From assembly GCF_009914755.1 (NCBI RefSeq), contig NC_060939.1: a DNA stretch of 64,000 bases. One strand, given 5' to 3'. The notes under the pieces are model-generated. The model worked only from the letters and a program-made list of their open reading frames with translations. It had not been told where the DNA came from and searched no databases. Each line of letters opens with the position of its first letter. Within the stretch, counting starts at the first letter, position 1. Source of the DNA: the human T2T-CHM13v2.0 reference genome, Homo sapiens. Shown here piece by piece: positions 49,401 to 62,804 of the stretch. A program made the position numbers and the translations under genes.

Positions 49401-50489
49401 AAAGTATTTGAATGGTTGTGGTTAAGATGAAACTTTTCTAGAATTCAACTTACAAATTTAGAAAATGGCTGCTATTTATGATTAGAAACAACATGTTCAT
49501 TGTCAAAAGTCCTGACACATTTGCAAGATAACATGGCAAAGGAGAAGTAGAACTGAGATTTGAAATCTCTCCCAGTGTCTTGGGAGAACTTGTCGATGTC
49601 AGTATTACTTCGGAGTTCTTTTCCTGTTCAGCACTGTCCTATTTCTGCTTAGGTAGTAAAGGAAAGGGGAGAAATGTATTTGTCTAAATTATTTCACTTG
49701 CCAAGTAGAAATAAATAAATAAAAATAAAACTTTCATTGGTTTAAGTATCTAGGAAGTCTGGGAAGGAGATCAAGCATGGGTGGATCAAGAAGCTTAATT
49801 TCTTAATTTCTTGACCTTTCAGCTCTGACTTTCTTTGTGTTGGTTTCTTTCTCAGGTAGACTCACTTCATATGTTGACCAAGTGGGCCTGGGCAGGGTTA
49901 GACTTTCCTGGTCTAGAGCCCACAGACCCAGAGACAATGCCTCTTTTCTGTTAACAGTAAAAATCTGGTGAGAACTTTGAGGATTCAAGCTGGGTTTGTG
50001 AGCTTCCCGGAACCAGTCATGTGCTCATCCTTGAAGGAGAGGATTAGGTCAGCCATGTGTGAGCCACATGGACCGAGAATGGGTGTAGGTGTGGGGTTTA
50101 AAAACCCACATTTACTACAAGGATAGGAAGGTGGACACATCCTGTCTTCTCCATTAACAGTGTTAATTTATTCATTCATTCTACAATTAGCAATCGCATG
50201 GGGCCTGGCCGACTGCTGAGGTTCCTCAGGTGAGTAAGACGGGCTCCAGCCTTGGAGGAGCTTCCAGTCTAAGGGAGCCCGAGTTCACAGAGAGGGTCCC
50301 CTAGGACACTGGCACGGCATCCTGCTGGCCAGGAAAGGGAACTGCTGCTCCTCCAGAGAGGATAGGTGGGTTTGTTGTTTTTTTTTTTTTTGCCAGAGAA
50401 CACCATGGTTCCTGCCAGCACCTGCTTACGACAGCCCTTTCAACGTCGCAGGGCTTGTCAGTGGGTTCTGTGACAGAACCGTGCAAGTA

Positions 50490-51400
50490 ATGGTACGCGG
50501 AGAGGGCGCGCGAAAGCGCCTGGCTCGTTCCTGGAGCCCGGGCTGCGGACGCCCCCTGCGTGCTGCGAAACCTGAGGGGTCTCGGTCCTTCCTGGCCTTT
50601 TATAGGCCGTGCCTAGAAACGCTTGGCTTGACCAGTTAGAAGTAACGCCACGCTGTGAATGTTTACCACCTGCGCACTGTCAGCGCTGAGTAAAGGGGCC
50701 CGAACCCCCGGTTCCAGGAGCCCCTGCTCGCCTCTCCAGCCACCTTCCCACCAGCCCACAACGCACAAGGACCACAGCTTCCAGAGGCGCCGTGCGCTCT
50801 CTTTCCAGGCGCTTTCCCCCTGCTGGAATGCTCCACCCCTTCCGCTCGGCGAACTCCTATTCATCCTTCTGGACTCCTTCCCAGAGCTAACTACAGACCT
50901 GAAAGATTTCTTCTTCTGCGCTCTCAGGGAACAACAGTCCTTAAAGTCCAGCTCACGCTGCTGTGCTGCAGCGTCGCTCTCGGTCCCCTCCACTGCACTG
51001 GGTCTCCCCACTGCACTGGGCCCCCTCTTCACTGCACCCGGCCACTCCACCGCACCCGGTACCCCGGCCCTCTATGGCACCCAGTTCTCTCTCCTCGGCA
51101 CCCAGTTCCCCGCCCCCACCTCCGCCCCAACGGCACCCAGTCCCTCGCACCCAGCACCGCCCCCGTCCCTCGCACCCAGCACCGCCCCCGTCCCACCAAC
51201 AGCACCCAGTCCCCCCGCTCCGCCACGGCACCCAGTCCCCTCAGGGCACCCGGTTCCCCGCCTCCGCCAAGGCACCCGGTTCCCCGCCTCCGCCAAGGCA
51301 ACCGGTCCCCCCCCCCCCCCGCCCCCCGCTACGGCACCCAGTCCCCCGACGGCTCTCGGTCTCCTCCACGCCGAGCCTCGGAGAGCAGGGGCTTTGCTTT
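50490..51400. promoter_or_regulatory. CpG-island-like promoter region with GC boxes, a minus-strand TATAAAAG (50597-50604) and a downstream + strand consensus donor (AAG|GTAAGT at 51464)
   Basis: Dense CpGs outside any Alu; repeated ccccgccc/ccccgcctcc; motifs read directly, activity inferred. Confidence 0.7.
50990..51350 (+). repeat. Degenerate GC-rich minisatellite (core GCACCCRG), including a perfect 26-bp duplication and a C14 run
   Basis: ggcacccggttccccgcctccgccaa at 51245-51270 and 51271-51296; C run 51307-51320. Confidence 0.85.
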
Positions 51401-52001
51401 TCCGGCTGAGGTGTTCAATAAACATCTCTTAAACAAAGGAGTGCGCAAGTGAGATAATATAAGGTAAGTGCTTGCCACTATACGAATGTACAGAAAGGAA
51501 GATGTTATTATTTTACTTCAGCCCCATATTTAATTATAAAGCATTTGTGAGCAAAGCTGATTAACACTGATTTCTAATTTCTAGCGTGAGACATGACGCT
51601 TGGGAGACAAGCTGTAAATGAGACGTGGGGCTTATGTTTTCGGTAGGTGAGATTTAATGTACACAAGGGTAAGAGTAGGAAACAAAAGTAATTCGAAGTT
51701 AAATATGGTCTTTTTGGTTAAATTCTACGGGTTCTGGGAGGAGGGCAATACCATTTCCTGCTGAGGTGAGTTTGCTCACCCATTGCCATAATCACAATCG
51801 TAATAAAAATAACATTAATAACTACAATTGATCGAGCTCTTTGAGGCGGACATCGGGTTAGGCATTTTGGATCCAATTTCTCATTTAATCCTCACGACCA
51901 TCTTGAGGGAGCGCATTTTACCCGTGTTTTACGGGGGACTGAAGCTTAAGGAGCAGTAACTTGCCCAGGTCACGTGGCTAGGAAGAGACAAGGTCAGGTC
52001 A

Positions 52002-52020
52002 GAGCCACAAGAGGGCGCTC
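52002..52020 (+). promoter_or_regulatory. CTCF core motif
   Basis: GAGCCACAAGAGGGCGCTC vs consensus TGGCCACCAGGGGGCGCTA; at the edge of a MIR fragment (~51830-51990). Confidence 0.7.
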
Positions 52021-52543
52021 TTCCCCTTTCTATTCTATGTTGTCCTGTGGTTCCCGCTTTTCCTCAGGGGCACCTTCCACAAATGTAAAAACCCCACATA
52101 AACATCTTGTTTCTCTGTCTTCCTCCTCCCCAGTGTCTCTCTCTCCTCTCAGTCTGTTTGTCTCCTCTCAGTTTCTCTCTCCCTTTCCTTACTTGTTTTT
52201 TGTCTCTCTCTTCCTCCTTGTTTTCTGTTTATTTATCTATTTCAGGGGATGGGCAGCCTTGGGAATATGGGCTGTAGGTAGGAAGAGAACATTTCTGGAA
52301 CTGAAAATTATGCTGCATCTTGTCTAACGGGAAGCAAAATTTTTGAATGTGGGAATCTTGTAAAATCTAGACGTTGGTCATCAATACACATGGCATGAAA
52401 CTGTAAAACTATGAGCAGCTGTGGTGAGTTGTGACTGGGAAGCCACATGGGGTGTGTATGAGCACATGCATTTGCAAGCTTCCCTGGAGCTTCCTCCAGG
52501 TTACTCCTGGGTTCTGCCTTTCCCTGGTTACACTTAGGATTGA

Positions 52544-53258
<715 letters not shown>

Positions 53259-53639
53259 AAAATTCTACTTATTTTTTTATAGAGGAGTAGTACAGGCTGT
53301 TTCTGACTGCCCCATCTGTAAGTAAACAATCTAGTTTTGAATTGTCAATTGATTTAAAAGTGATAGTTTTCAAATCTTCATTGAGGCATTTTGTATCCAT
53401 TGATTCTTTCTGCCAGGGCACACACTCTGTCTACGTTATGCACTGAAGCCTTTCTGTGTATCCTTACTGGGCCTTGATGCTGGGTAACTGCACGATTCTG
53501 GTAACCAAACCTGGTGGCACATCCCAATCAGCTTTTTCAAAATAGGGCTTTCTAGACTTTCACCTGGAGATTCTGTCTAGAGGTGTTTGGGCTGAAGCCT
53601 GGCAACTGTGTTACATGAACAGTTGGCCCCCATCCCTGG

Positions 53640-55330
53640 GGCATCTGCCTCTGCTGCACTGATGCCTTCCCCAGCTCACATCATGGCTGCATGGGGCCAG
53701 AGGGGGTTCCCTGTGATGCTTGCAGAAAAGCTTGGGTCTGCTGGTAGGAGTGGAAAATGGACTGCTGCCCACTCCAGAGTGGCTTTAAAGGACAGTGGAG
53801 AGGGAGTCTTCCTAATGAGCAGAGCTGTGAGCAGTACCCTTGTTTGTCCATCTTGTATGGAGGGAGAAGGGGCCCGAGGTCGCTTACATGGACTCCTGGG
53901 GAGTGGTGACTGATTTGGTTGCAAGTCTGGAAAGAGCAGGAGTGGAAGATCTGAGAGCAAGAGTCAGGGTGAGGTGTGGATGAACCTACAGGAGTGGGCA
54001 GAGAGCACTCAGATCTCCCTGCTGGCCATCAATACCCGGCTGAGGGTGAGCACAGCAGAGGAGTCGCTCAACAACCGGGTGGACAAGACGACTCGTCTGG
54101 TAGACGCCTGCCAGCCTCTGCCCTTGGTCACTCCAGTGCTCATGTTACCAGAAAGGGGTCCTGATCTAGATCCCAAGACAGGGTTCTTGGATCTCACACA
54201 AGAAATAATTCGAGGCTAATCCATAAAGTGAAAGCAAGTTTATTAGGAAAGTAAAGGAATAAAGAATGGCTACTCCATAGGTGGAGCAGCCTGAGGGCTG
54301 CTGGTTGGCTATTTTTATGGTTATTTCTTGATTATATGCTAAACTAGGGGCAGGTTATTCATGAGTTTTCCAAGAAAGAGGTGGGCAATTCCCAGAACTG
54401 AGGGTTCCTCCTCTTTTTAGACCATATGGGTTAACTTCCTGACGTTGCCATGGCATCTGTAAACTGTCATGGCACTGGTGGGAGTGTCTTTTAGCATGCT
54501 AATGCATTATAATTAGTGAATAATGAGCAGTGAGGTCACTTTTGTTGCCATCTTGTTTTTAGTGGGTTTTGACCAGCTTCTCTACTGCAACCTGTTGTAT
54601 CAGCAAGGTCTTAATGACCTGTACCTTGTGTGGACCTCCTATCTCATCCTGTGACTTAGAATGCCTAACCTCCTGGGAATGCAGCCCAGTAGGTCTCAGC
54701 CTTATTTTACCCAGCCCCTATTCAAGATGGAGTTGCTCTGGCTCAAACACCTCTGATGCTCACTCCACGGGCCCATGGCTGGAAGAGTTACGGTAGTAGG
54801 GATAGAGGCTCTGTAGAGGGCCAACAGCAAGGGCCCCCTCTGACCAAAGCTGATCCAGTTACTGCCACTGCTGAATACCCGACCTGTTGATGGCAGAGAA
54901 CGAAGATGACCCCTTGGTATGGTCCTACTTCTTGGAGAGTCTAGCTAGACATTTGCTGGCAAGTTGATTCCATCAGGCCTTTCTCACCCTGCAGGGGACA
55001 GTGATTGATTCTTTTTTGGAGTTGATTCCATCAGATACCATCAGTTTGCCCTTCCTATGTCTTTGCTGGTATCATCCAAGGGTTCACAGAGTACCTGATT
55101 ACTGACATGGGGTTCCATGTAACAGCTTTTCAGATGAGAGCCCATTTCACAGTGGAGAAAGTGTGATACTAGCACCCAGCACAGGGTTCTCTGGACCCAC
55201 CACGCACCACATGGCCTGGCAGCCTAAAGGAGGATGCAATGGCCAGTGGGCCTTTGTCCCCTCAGCTGGAATCAGCTTGTGGTAGATGTCCCTTAGATAG
55301 AGCCCCCAGAGACATCCAGGGACTCTGAAT
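53640..55330 (+). pseudogene. Decayed ERVL/MaLR-type pol (RNase H + integrase) internal sequence, split by an LTR
   Basis: KWTAAHSRVALKDSGEG, MWMNLQEWAES...AEESLNNRVDKTT...QPLPLVTPVL; after the LTR, GPPLTKADPVTATAEYPTC*...WQVDSIRP; these resemble recalled HERV-L Pol; stops and frameshifts present. Confidence 0.85.
54143..54758 (-). mobile_element. MER41B-like ERV1 solo LTR with two GAS motifs
   Basis: Minus strand begins tcagaggtgtttgagccagagcaactccatcttgaataggggctgggtaaaataaggctgag; perfect 4-bp TSD CTCA (54139-42, 54759-62); TTCCAAGAA at 54368-76 and TTCCCAGAA at 54389-97. Confidence 0.9.
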
Positions 55331-55965
55331 GCAGGTATTTCCATAGAGAACAGGAGGCCAGAGGAAGCAGGAGTTCAGGCCTGGTAGCATGTGTGCAGTG
55401 GGACACTAGATGTCTCAGAGCAGGAATCTGTATTTTTAAAGCCTCTTAAGGGATGACAGGTACTCTCCTAGGGTCGAGAACCACCGGGGGGGGGAAAGAG
55501 GATGAAACATGGAGGAGGAAGAGCTGGTTGTGAGTCCTGGTGCCATCACTTGCCCAAGGTGACCTCCCTTCGTCACAGGCTGAGGTGAGGATCACAGTTA
55601 CTGGCTTACTCATTTATACTCTTTTCTCATTAGAACTGGGATCAACATATCAGCTAGGATCACCGTGTGTGAACCACTATTAAATGAGTTAATATACATA
55701 AGGTATATAAAACAGTGCCTCAATTGCACAAGAGCACTATAAAAGGATTAGCTATTTTTATGCAAGTGATTGTTACTGTTAACAGAGGTTGAGGCACAGA
55801 GGAAGTCACTGATGAGGCCCAAAAATGCCTAATTCTTCCTGTCCATTGGCTCCTTGAGAACCCAGCAGCAGGCAGCAGGCAGCAGGATGACCATTTCTTG
55901 CTTTCTTTTTTCTCTCCACTTTTTATTTGGAAATAACTTCAAACTTACAAAAATTGCAAACATAA

Positions 55966-56345
<380 letters not shown>

Positions 56346-57562
56346 CTATTGTTCATGTTCTTTATCTTTCTTCCTATCTCTCTAAATTTGTGGAATATAT
56401 ATACATACATATTTATATATAGATACAGATGTATATCCATATATAAATATTTATTTATTTATACTATCGTATATTATATATGCATTCCCATTTTTTTTTG
56501 GAATTAAAGGTGAGTGACATCATGGCCTTTAATCCTCAATACTACATTATACCAAATACTAAATTATAATACCAGGAGTACTAAATACTACACAAAGGAT
56601 GATCTCTTATATAACCACAGCACAGTTGTCAGCCTCACACATTTACACTGATACAATATGTTATCTAATCTACTGTTCATATGCCAATTTTATCAGTTGG
56701 TCTAATGATGTTTTTTTCCAGCATTTTTCCCTCCAGCACAGAATCCCCTGTAGGGTCAGGCTGCATTTAGTTGTCCTGTTTCTTCAGCTTTCCTTCATCT
56801 GGAACATTTCCACAGCCTTTCTTTGTCTTTTATAACCTTGACATTATTGAGGGACACTTCCCTTCCCCCTGTTGTTTTAATAGGACGTTCCTCATGTTAC
56901 ATCTGTCTGGTGTTCCCTTGCAAGCAAGGTTGTGTGTTCTTGGCCGCCATGGGTCCTGTTGTGCAGGGCCACCATTCCTAATAAGGCAAGAGTGCTGGTG
57001 GCTGATGAGCCCAGGGCTGCTCTTGCTCACTTTGCTGACAGCACTCGACGGGGAGTCAGCAAAGCCAGAAGTGCAAATAAAGCCATAAGCTTCAGGAAAT
57101 CTTGGGTGTCATTCCATGTAAACAATAGGACTGGACGAATGGAAAACTAGGCAGCTGGAAGCACTGTCAGAAATTCAAGCCAGTAAAACCAGGCAGAGCA
57201 ATGTCATTCCACGATTACAGCCAGCTGCATATTTCAGTGCTAAAATGTTTGATTTCTGAACAATGACACTCACTAGTTATAAAATAGATGGGATTGGTTT
57301 ATGCATATTTTATCTCTGAAGTTGCTACTGTCATATCCATTTTACAAGTAAGGAAACTGAGGCTTGGGGGGCAACTACAGTAATGCCACATGGCAAGCAT
57401 TGGCGCTAAAGCTAGAATCCAAGTTTTGGTCTAAATGCCCTATGCTATCTCCATGAAAGCAGTGCTTTGCATGAGAAGTCCTCAAGTTTTAGTTTGAGGG
57501 AGGTGGGCTGTAAATCAATGTGAAGCCATTGATAAACACTGATTATCTACAAATGTTACTAA

Positions 57563-57937
<375 letters not shown>

Positions 57938-59199
57938 TAGTGAAATGTCTTGGGTTCATTGTCTTGGGAAGTCTGAGGTCTAGGGCCCCCTTTTGATGGA
58001 GGTGGAAGGCATTTACATGGTGAGAGGGCCAGTGGATACCATCTCAGGTCTCTCTTGCTCTTCTTACAGAGCCACTAGTCCTACTGAATTAGGGCCTCAT
58101 CCTTATGATCTCATTTAAGTTTAGTTACCGCCTAAAAACCTATGTCTAGATATAATCCCACTGGGAATTATATTTTCAACACATAAACTTCTGGGGACAC
58201 ATTCAAACCATAGCATGACTTTTGATTTTGAAGGCTGACCTGGGTCTGTCCGATGTGTCCTCATGGCCAGACTCAAGCCGTGCACTCCTGGAAGACTTCC
58301 AGAAAATTATGCTGTGCTCTTCCTGATGCAGAATGTAGATTCTTCCCTTGGTGTTACCTTGACCACTTTGTCAAGTTGGTTTCTGTCATATTTCTCCTCC
58401 AAAAAGCCACTGTTTTTTCCATTGTGATTAATGAGTATTTTGTAGGGAGATATTCTGGCATTGTACCAATATCCTGTTCCTCACTGAACCTTTACCCACC
58501 ATCCTTAGCAATTATTGACATCTTCCTCTATCATGGTTGCCACATCATAGAATAAGATCTATAATCTCCCATTTCTGTCATCCTATCTACTTTTATTAGT
58601 TGGCATTCACTGTAAGGAAGGGCTTTCCCTTCTCACCCACTTGTTTATTTATATCTTTAAGGCCTCATAGATTCTCATTTTATCCAATGGATTGTAAATC
58701 ATCACTATCATTATTTATTTCAAAGGTCAAATTTTCCAAATTTGGCCAGTGAAACTCCCTTCAGGCTGGCTCCCAAGTCCTTTTGACACGTCTGTATCAA
58801 TCTTTGAATACTTCTTTACTTTCTGAAACAAGATATTCCAAACCCACCTTATACTTCGTACTTATTTATTTAATTATTTATACGCTAAGGTCTCATTGAT
58901 TCCCATTTTATTGAATGGCTGTAACCCATCACTATCATTATCTATTTTAAAGTAACTGCTATTTTACCTCTAGTCTCATTTCCCTAAAATTCATCCAATA
59001 TTTGCACCAGATTAATCTTCTAAAAGCATAGCTACTGTCCTTATTTTTTGACCATGCTGGCATCTTTGAAGAAGCAGGAAAAAACCCAAGCTTCTCATCC
59101 AGCATTCAAGACGCTCCCCACTCTGTCCCCATTTGCCCTGGCCATCAAGTTTCCCAAGACTCTCTGATGTGTTTCTCCGTGGATGTTATGAGCACCTCC

Positions 59200-59571
59200 T
59201 CATCCTCTCATCCTCCCTCCCTCCCTCCCTTCTTTTTTCTCTCCTCCCTCCCTCCCTCCCTCCCCTCCCTCCCTCCCTCCCTTCCTTCCTTCCTTTTCCT
59301 TTCTTCCTCCCTCCCTTCCTTTTCCTTCCCTCCTTCCTTCCTTTTCCTTCCTTCCTTCCTTCCCTCCTTCCTTCCTTTTCCTTCCTTCCTTCCTTTTCCT
59401 TCCTCCCTCCCTTCCTTCCTTTTCCTTCCTCCCTCCCTCCCTTCCTCCCTCCCTTCCTTCCTTCCCTCCTTCCTTCTTTCCTTCCTTTTCCTTCCTTCCT
59501 TCCTTCTTTCCTCCCTCCCTCCCTCCATCCCTCCATCCCTCCCTTCCTCCCTTCCTCCTTTCCTCCTTTCC
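59200..59571 (+). repeat. ~370-bp (CCTT/CCCT)n polypyrimidine tract adjoining an L2 fragment (~59575-59760)
   Basis: Read directly. Confidence 0.93.
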
Positions 59572-60480
59572 ATACTTATCTAGAAGCTGCAATGTGTCAG
59601 GCACTGAACTAGGCACTGAGGACAGAGCAGTGAATGAAATGAAGTTCTTGCTGTCATGGAGCTTGTCCTGGAAAGAGACAGTAATCACACAAATACATAT
59701 GCATCAGGTAATAGTAAATGTTGTGAGAAAGAATAAAGCAGAGTAAGGGGATAGAGTGAATGGTGCGTGATTGAGGGTGTGTCTATCTCTCTTTCTACCT
59801 GTGTGTGTGGATGCACAAGCGATATTTTACACAGGGCACATCTAGAACTTCCCTACCTTCACACCTCCTTCGCTCATATCATTCCTTCTATTTGGCATTT
59901 TCTTCCTTGTTGATACTTGAGCTTGAACTTCAAGAAATAAGGTTTTCCAGTCCTCATGACGTCTTCTCTGATTGCCCCAGACCCAGTGATCCTTCTCTGA
60001 ACAACAACAAAAAGCAAGTAGAAAACATGGGTCTGTATATACAGCATGTTATATTGAAGTGATAAAGTTATACTGCGAAGCATTATAATTTATATATATA
60101 ATAAATTATATATATTATAATTATATATAATATATATATCTATTCCTCTTTCTATCTTATCTCTGTAGCACATAGTAGATGCTTGATCAGTTTGAATTAA
60201 AACATAAATAAAAGGACCCGTGAAGATGAGAGAGATGGGAAATATGGCGGACTTTTAGAAGTTAGTGAAAAGATTGTGACTTTTTCTAGAACCTTTGGCT
60301 ATGATCTCACGCCACTGCAGCATCTGCAAGTTTGAGGATTCTAGAGCTAGGGTTTTATTTTCTAATTTCATAGATGGCAGATGACTGAATGACAGTTTCA
60401 CATCATATTTTCATGTCAACTGCTCTTGATGGTTATTTCTGATTGATTTGACACCCTGGTGAATTCCTGCAGCAGATCTT

Positions 60481-60580
60481 TTTTGAAGTTTATTTTTTAT
60501 TTTATATTTTAAGTTCCTAGGGTACATATACAGGCTGTACAGGTTTGTTACATAGGTAAACATGTGCCATGATGATTTTC
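60481..60580 (-). mobile_element. 100-bp 5'-truncated L1PA 3' end with 15-bp TSD
   Basis: gggtacatatacagg...caggtttgttacataggtaaacatgtgccatg; TSD cctgcagcagatctt at 60466-80 and 60581-95. Confidence 0.9.
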
Positions 60581-62804
60581 CCTGCAGCAGATCTTGGAAA
60601 AAAAGAATTGCCATGTTAGAATTCAATGATGTTAGCCTGAAACAAGCAAGAAAGCAGACAGGCATATAACCAATCAACGCAGCCTCCTCCCTGCTATCGC
60701 ACGTTCTTTTCTTTTTTTTTTTTTCATCCCCAAATAAACATAATACCTGTGACGTTTAAAGTCTAGGTCAGATACTGTCTGCCTGATGTAGCAATTCTCT
60801 CAGGCTGTATCTGCGATACCAGTGCGGCCGGTGAAGAGGGCGATGGTGAATTGCACCAATAATGCTGTAGGTGGCGCTGTGTACTTGATGCATGTGGCCA
60901 GCGTGTCTCGAAGATTTCTTTGGAGAACGGATGGCGTCTGGCATCGTTTTAGTTAAACGTGATCTGTCGGTTTAGTTTCTGTGGAGCAAGTCTGAGAAAC
61001 AGATTAGCCAATTTCTGACCCTAAATGGAAGGTCAGACGTTCTGTGCTCAAATGTAGCATTCGCCGTACCCTGCATGATATCTCGGGCTGGGCATTGGAA
61101 TGATGCTCATAGGCTGTGAAAATGACCCTAAGGTGTTTCTTCCGAGACTTTGCCGGGGCGTCTTGTCTGGGTTTTGTACTTGGAAGCAGAAACTACATTA
61201 GAGTCACATTCTAGGCCTCTGGAGGTTAGGGGGAGGTTGAGTTGAACATGACTCATCAGCTATCTTTAAGCAGCAAGGCCGTTTGGTGCTTTAACTGATG
61301 TAGCTCAATTTTTCAATCCAATATTGCCCTTTAAAGTGGGCCCCTGGTTGAATGAAGTCTTTATTGCCCTCATCCCATTCCCAAGTTTTTGGAGCTCTTT
61401 CTTTGTTAAAAACCTTTATGACCATTCAGGAAAATTGGCCTAGCGGCTCTGATTGTGTACTGCAGATCACCTAATAGGAGAAAATTGGGTGCTGACTATA
61501 TCATTTGTCAGCCAAACTGCAGGATCTCGAATTCCTTAATTAAACTTGCAGGTTTCAGGTTTTAAAAAATGAATTCGTGTCTTCGTGTCTTATTTTTACA
61601 GATTTTGAACATGTAGAATTGAGAGAATTGAAGAGCACCTAAGAACTATGGACTAGATGACCTCCTAGTATATTACAATGCTAATTCCCTAAACACATTT
61701 ACTAAAGGCATATCTGACTTCAGGTGTCTCTTATATATTCTTATATTTAAGAAAATATTCTCATGTATTTATATTGAAGGGAATGAGAGGATGCTTCCTA
61801 TCACATTTCTCTGTGAAGTTATTAAAGATGAATTTGAATATTTTTACTTTTTTGTGTTGTTTTTAGATGACTTCCTCCTTTTACTTGTGACCAGTAGATG
61901 GCTCTATGGCTTTCCTTGAGTTAACAGGAGTTAGTTTGGTGCCTCTCAAAGTAGAAGGTTAGTTCAGTTTTGCCCTGGCCTGAGGGGAAATCTTGAGCTG
62001 TTTTTTCCAATCCCACAGGAGAGGAGGATGGCTGATGAAGGTTCTTTCCCTCCACCTAGAAAGATTTAAAGAGTACTGACCTGTCTTCGTCTGTTTTCTG
62101 TTGCTGTAACAGAGTACCATGAACCAGGTACCACCACCCTCCTACACCATCCCTACTCTCTGCCTCTGGATCTCTGAGAACCTTACGTTATGAGTGAATG
62201 TGTGTGGAGGGGGATTGTCCACTGGAGTCGTCAGATAATGACTAAGTCTGGGGGCTCACGTGGGCATCAGTCCTGTGGATGGTCACTGGGCAGTGTGCTG
62301 GCTACTGTTGATCAAAGGTCCTGCCCAGATGCCAGAGGGAAGGATGACTATTGTGACTCCTCAGCTCTGGCCATGTAGAACACTAATGGAGTCTGGAGTA
62401 TCTGACTATCTGTAGCACTGACTCAGTTCTGTTTGTCTCCCTGGTGCTGGGGGTGACTGCTTAGAGGAGGTGGGGCGTGGGGGTGTATCTCTGGATGCTG
62501 TCTGTGTTTCTGTCCACATGGTCTCTCCAAATAAAGGCCCTTTGTGAATTGCCCTCATCACTTTTCTTTCATTGCTGTCATTCTAGGAGTGGGAACAACT
62601 GTGCCCAATCACATATATTCTTAAATCTTTTCACCATATTCTTGTGAGGTAAAAATTGCTAGTGCTCACTCATACCTGGTTCTCCTTTCCTCCCTGGCAC
62701 AAGTGAAGTTGAAACTTACCAGCCCATCTTGTAGTTAGGTGGAGCCATGTGACCTGTTCTAGCCAATACAATTTGAATGGGAATAGTATTTCATATTTCC
62801 AGGC

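Noticed and set aside
50659-51432. 257-aa Pro/Ala-rich ORF in the CpG island
   Set aside because: Length is explained by the GC-rich minisatellite; no recognisable domain; overlapping ORFs in several frames are typical of GC repeats. Ribo-seq would be needed to rescue it.
58640-58950. Diverged ~85-bp direct repeat (58640-58725 vs 58860-58950)
   Set aside because: Lies in old L1M sequence; likely an ancient internal duplication or two fragments of the same family
59133-59688. Several 116-162 aa ORFs
   Set aside because: Artefacts of the (CCTT)n tract
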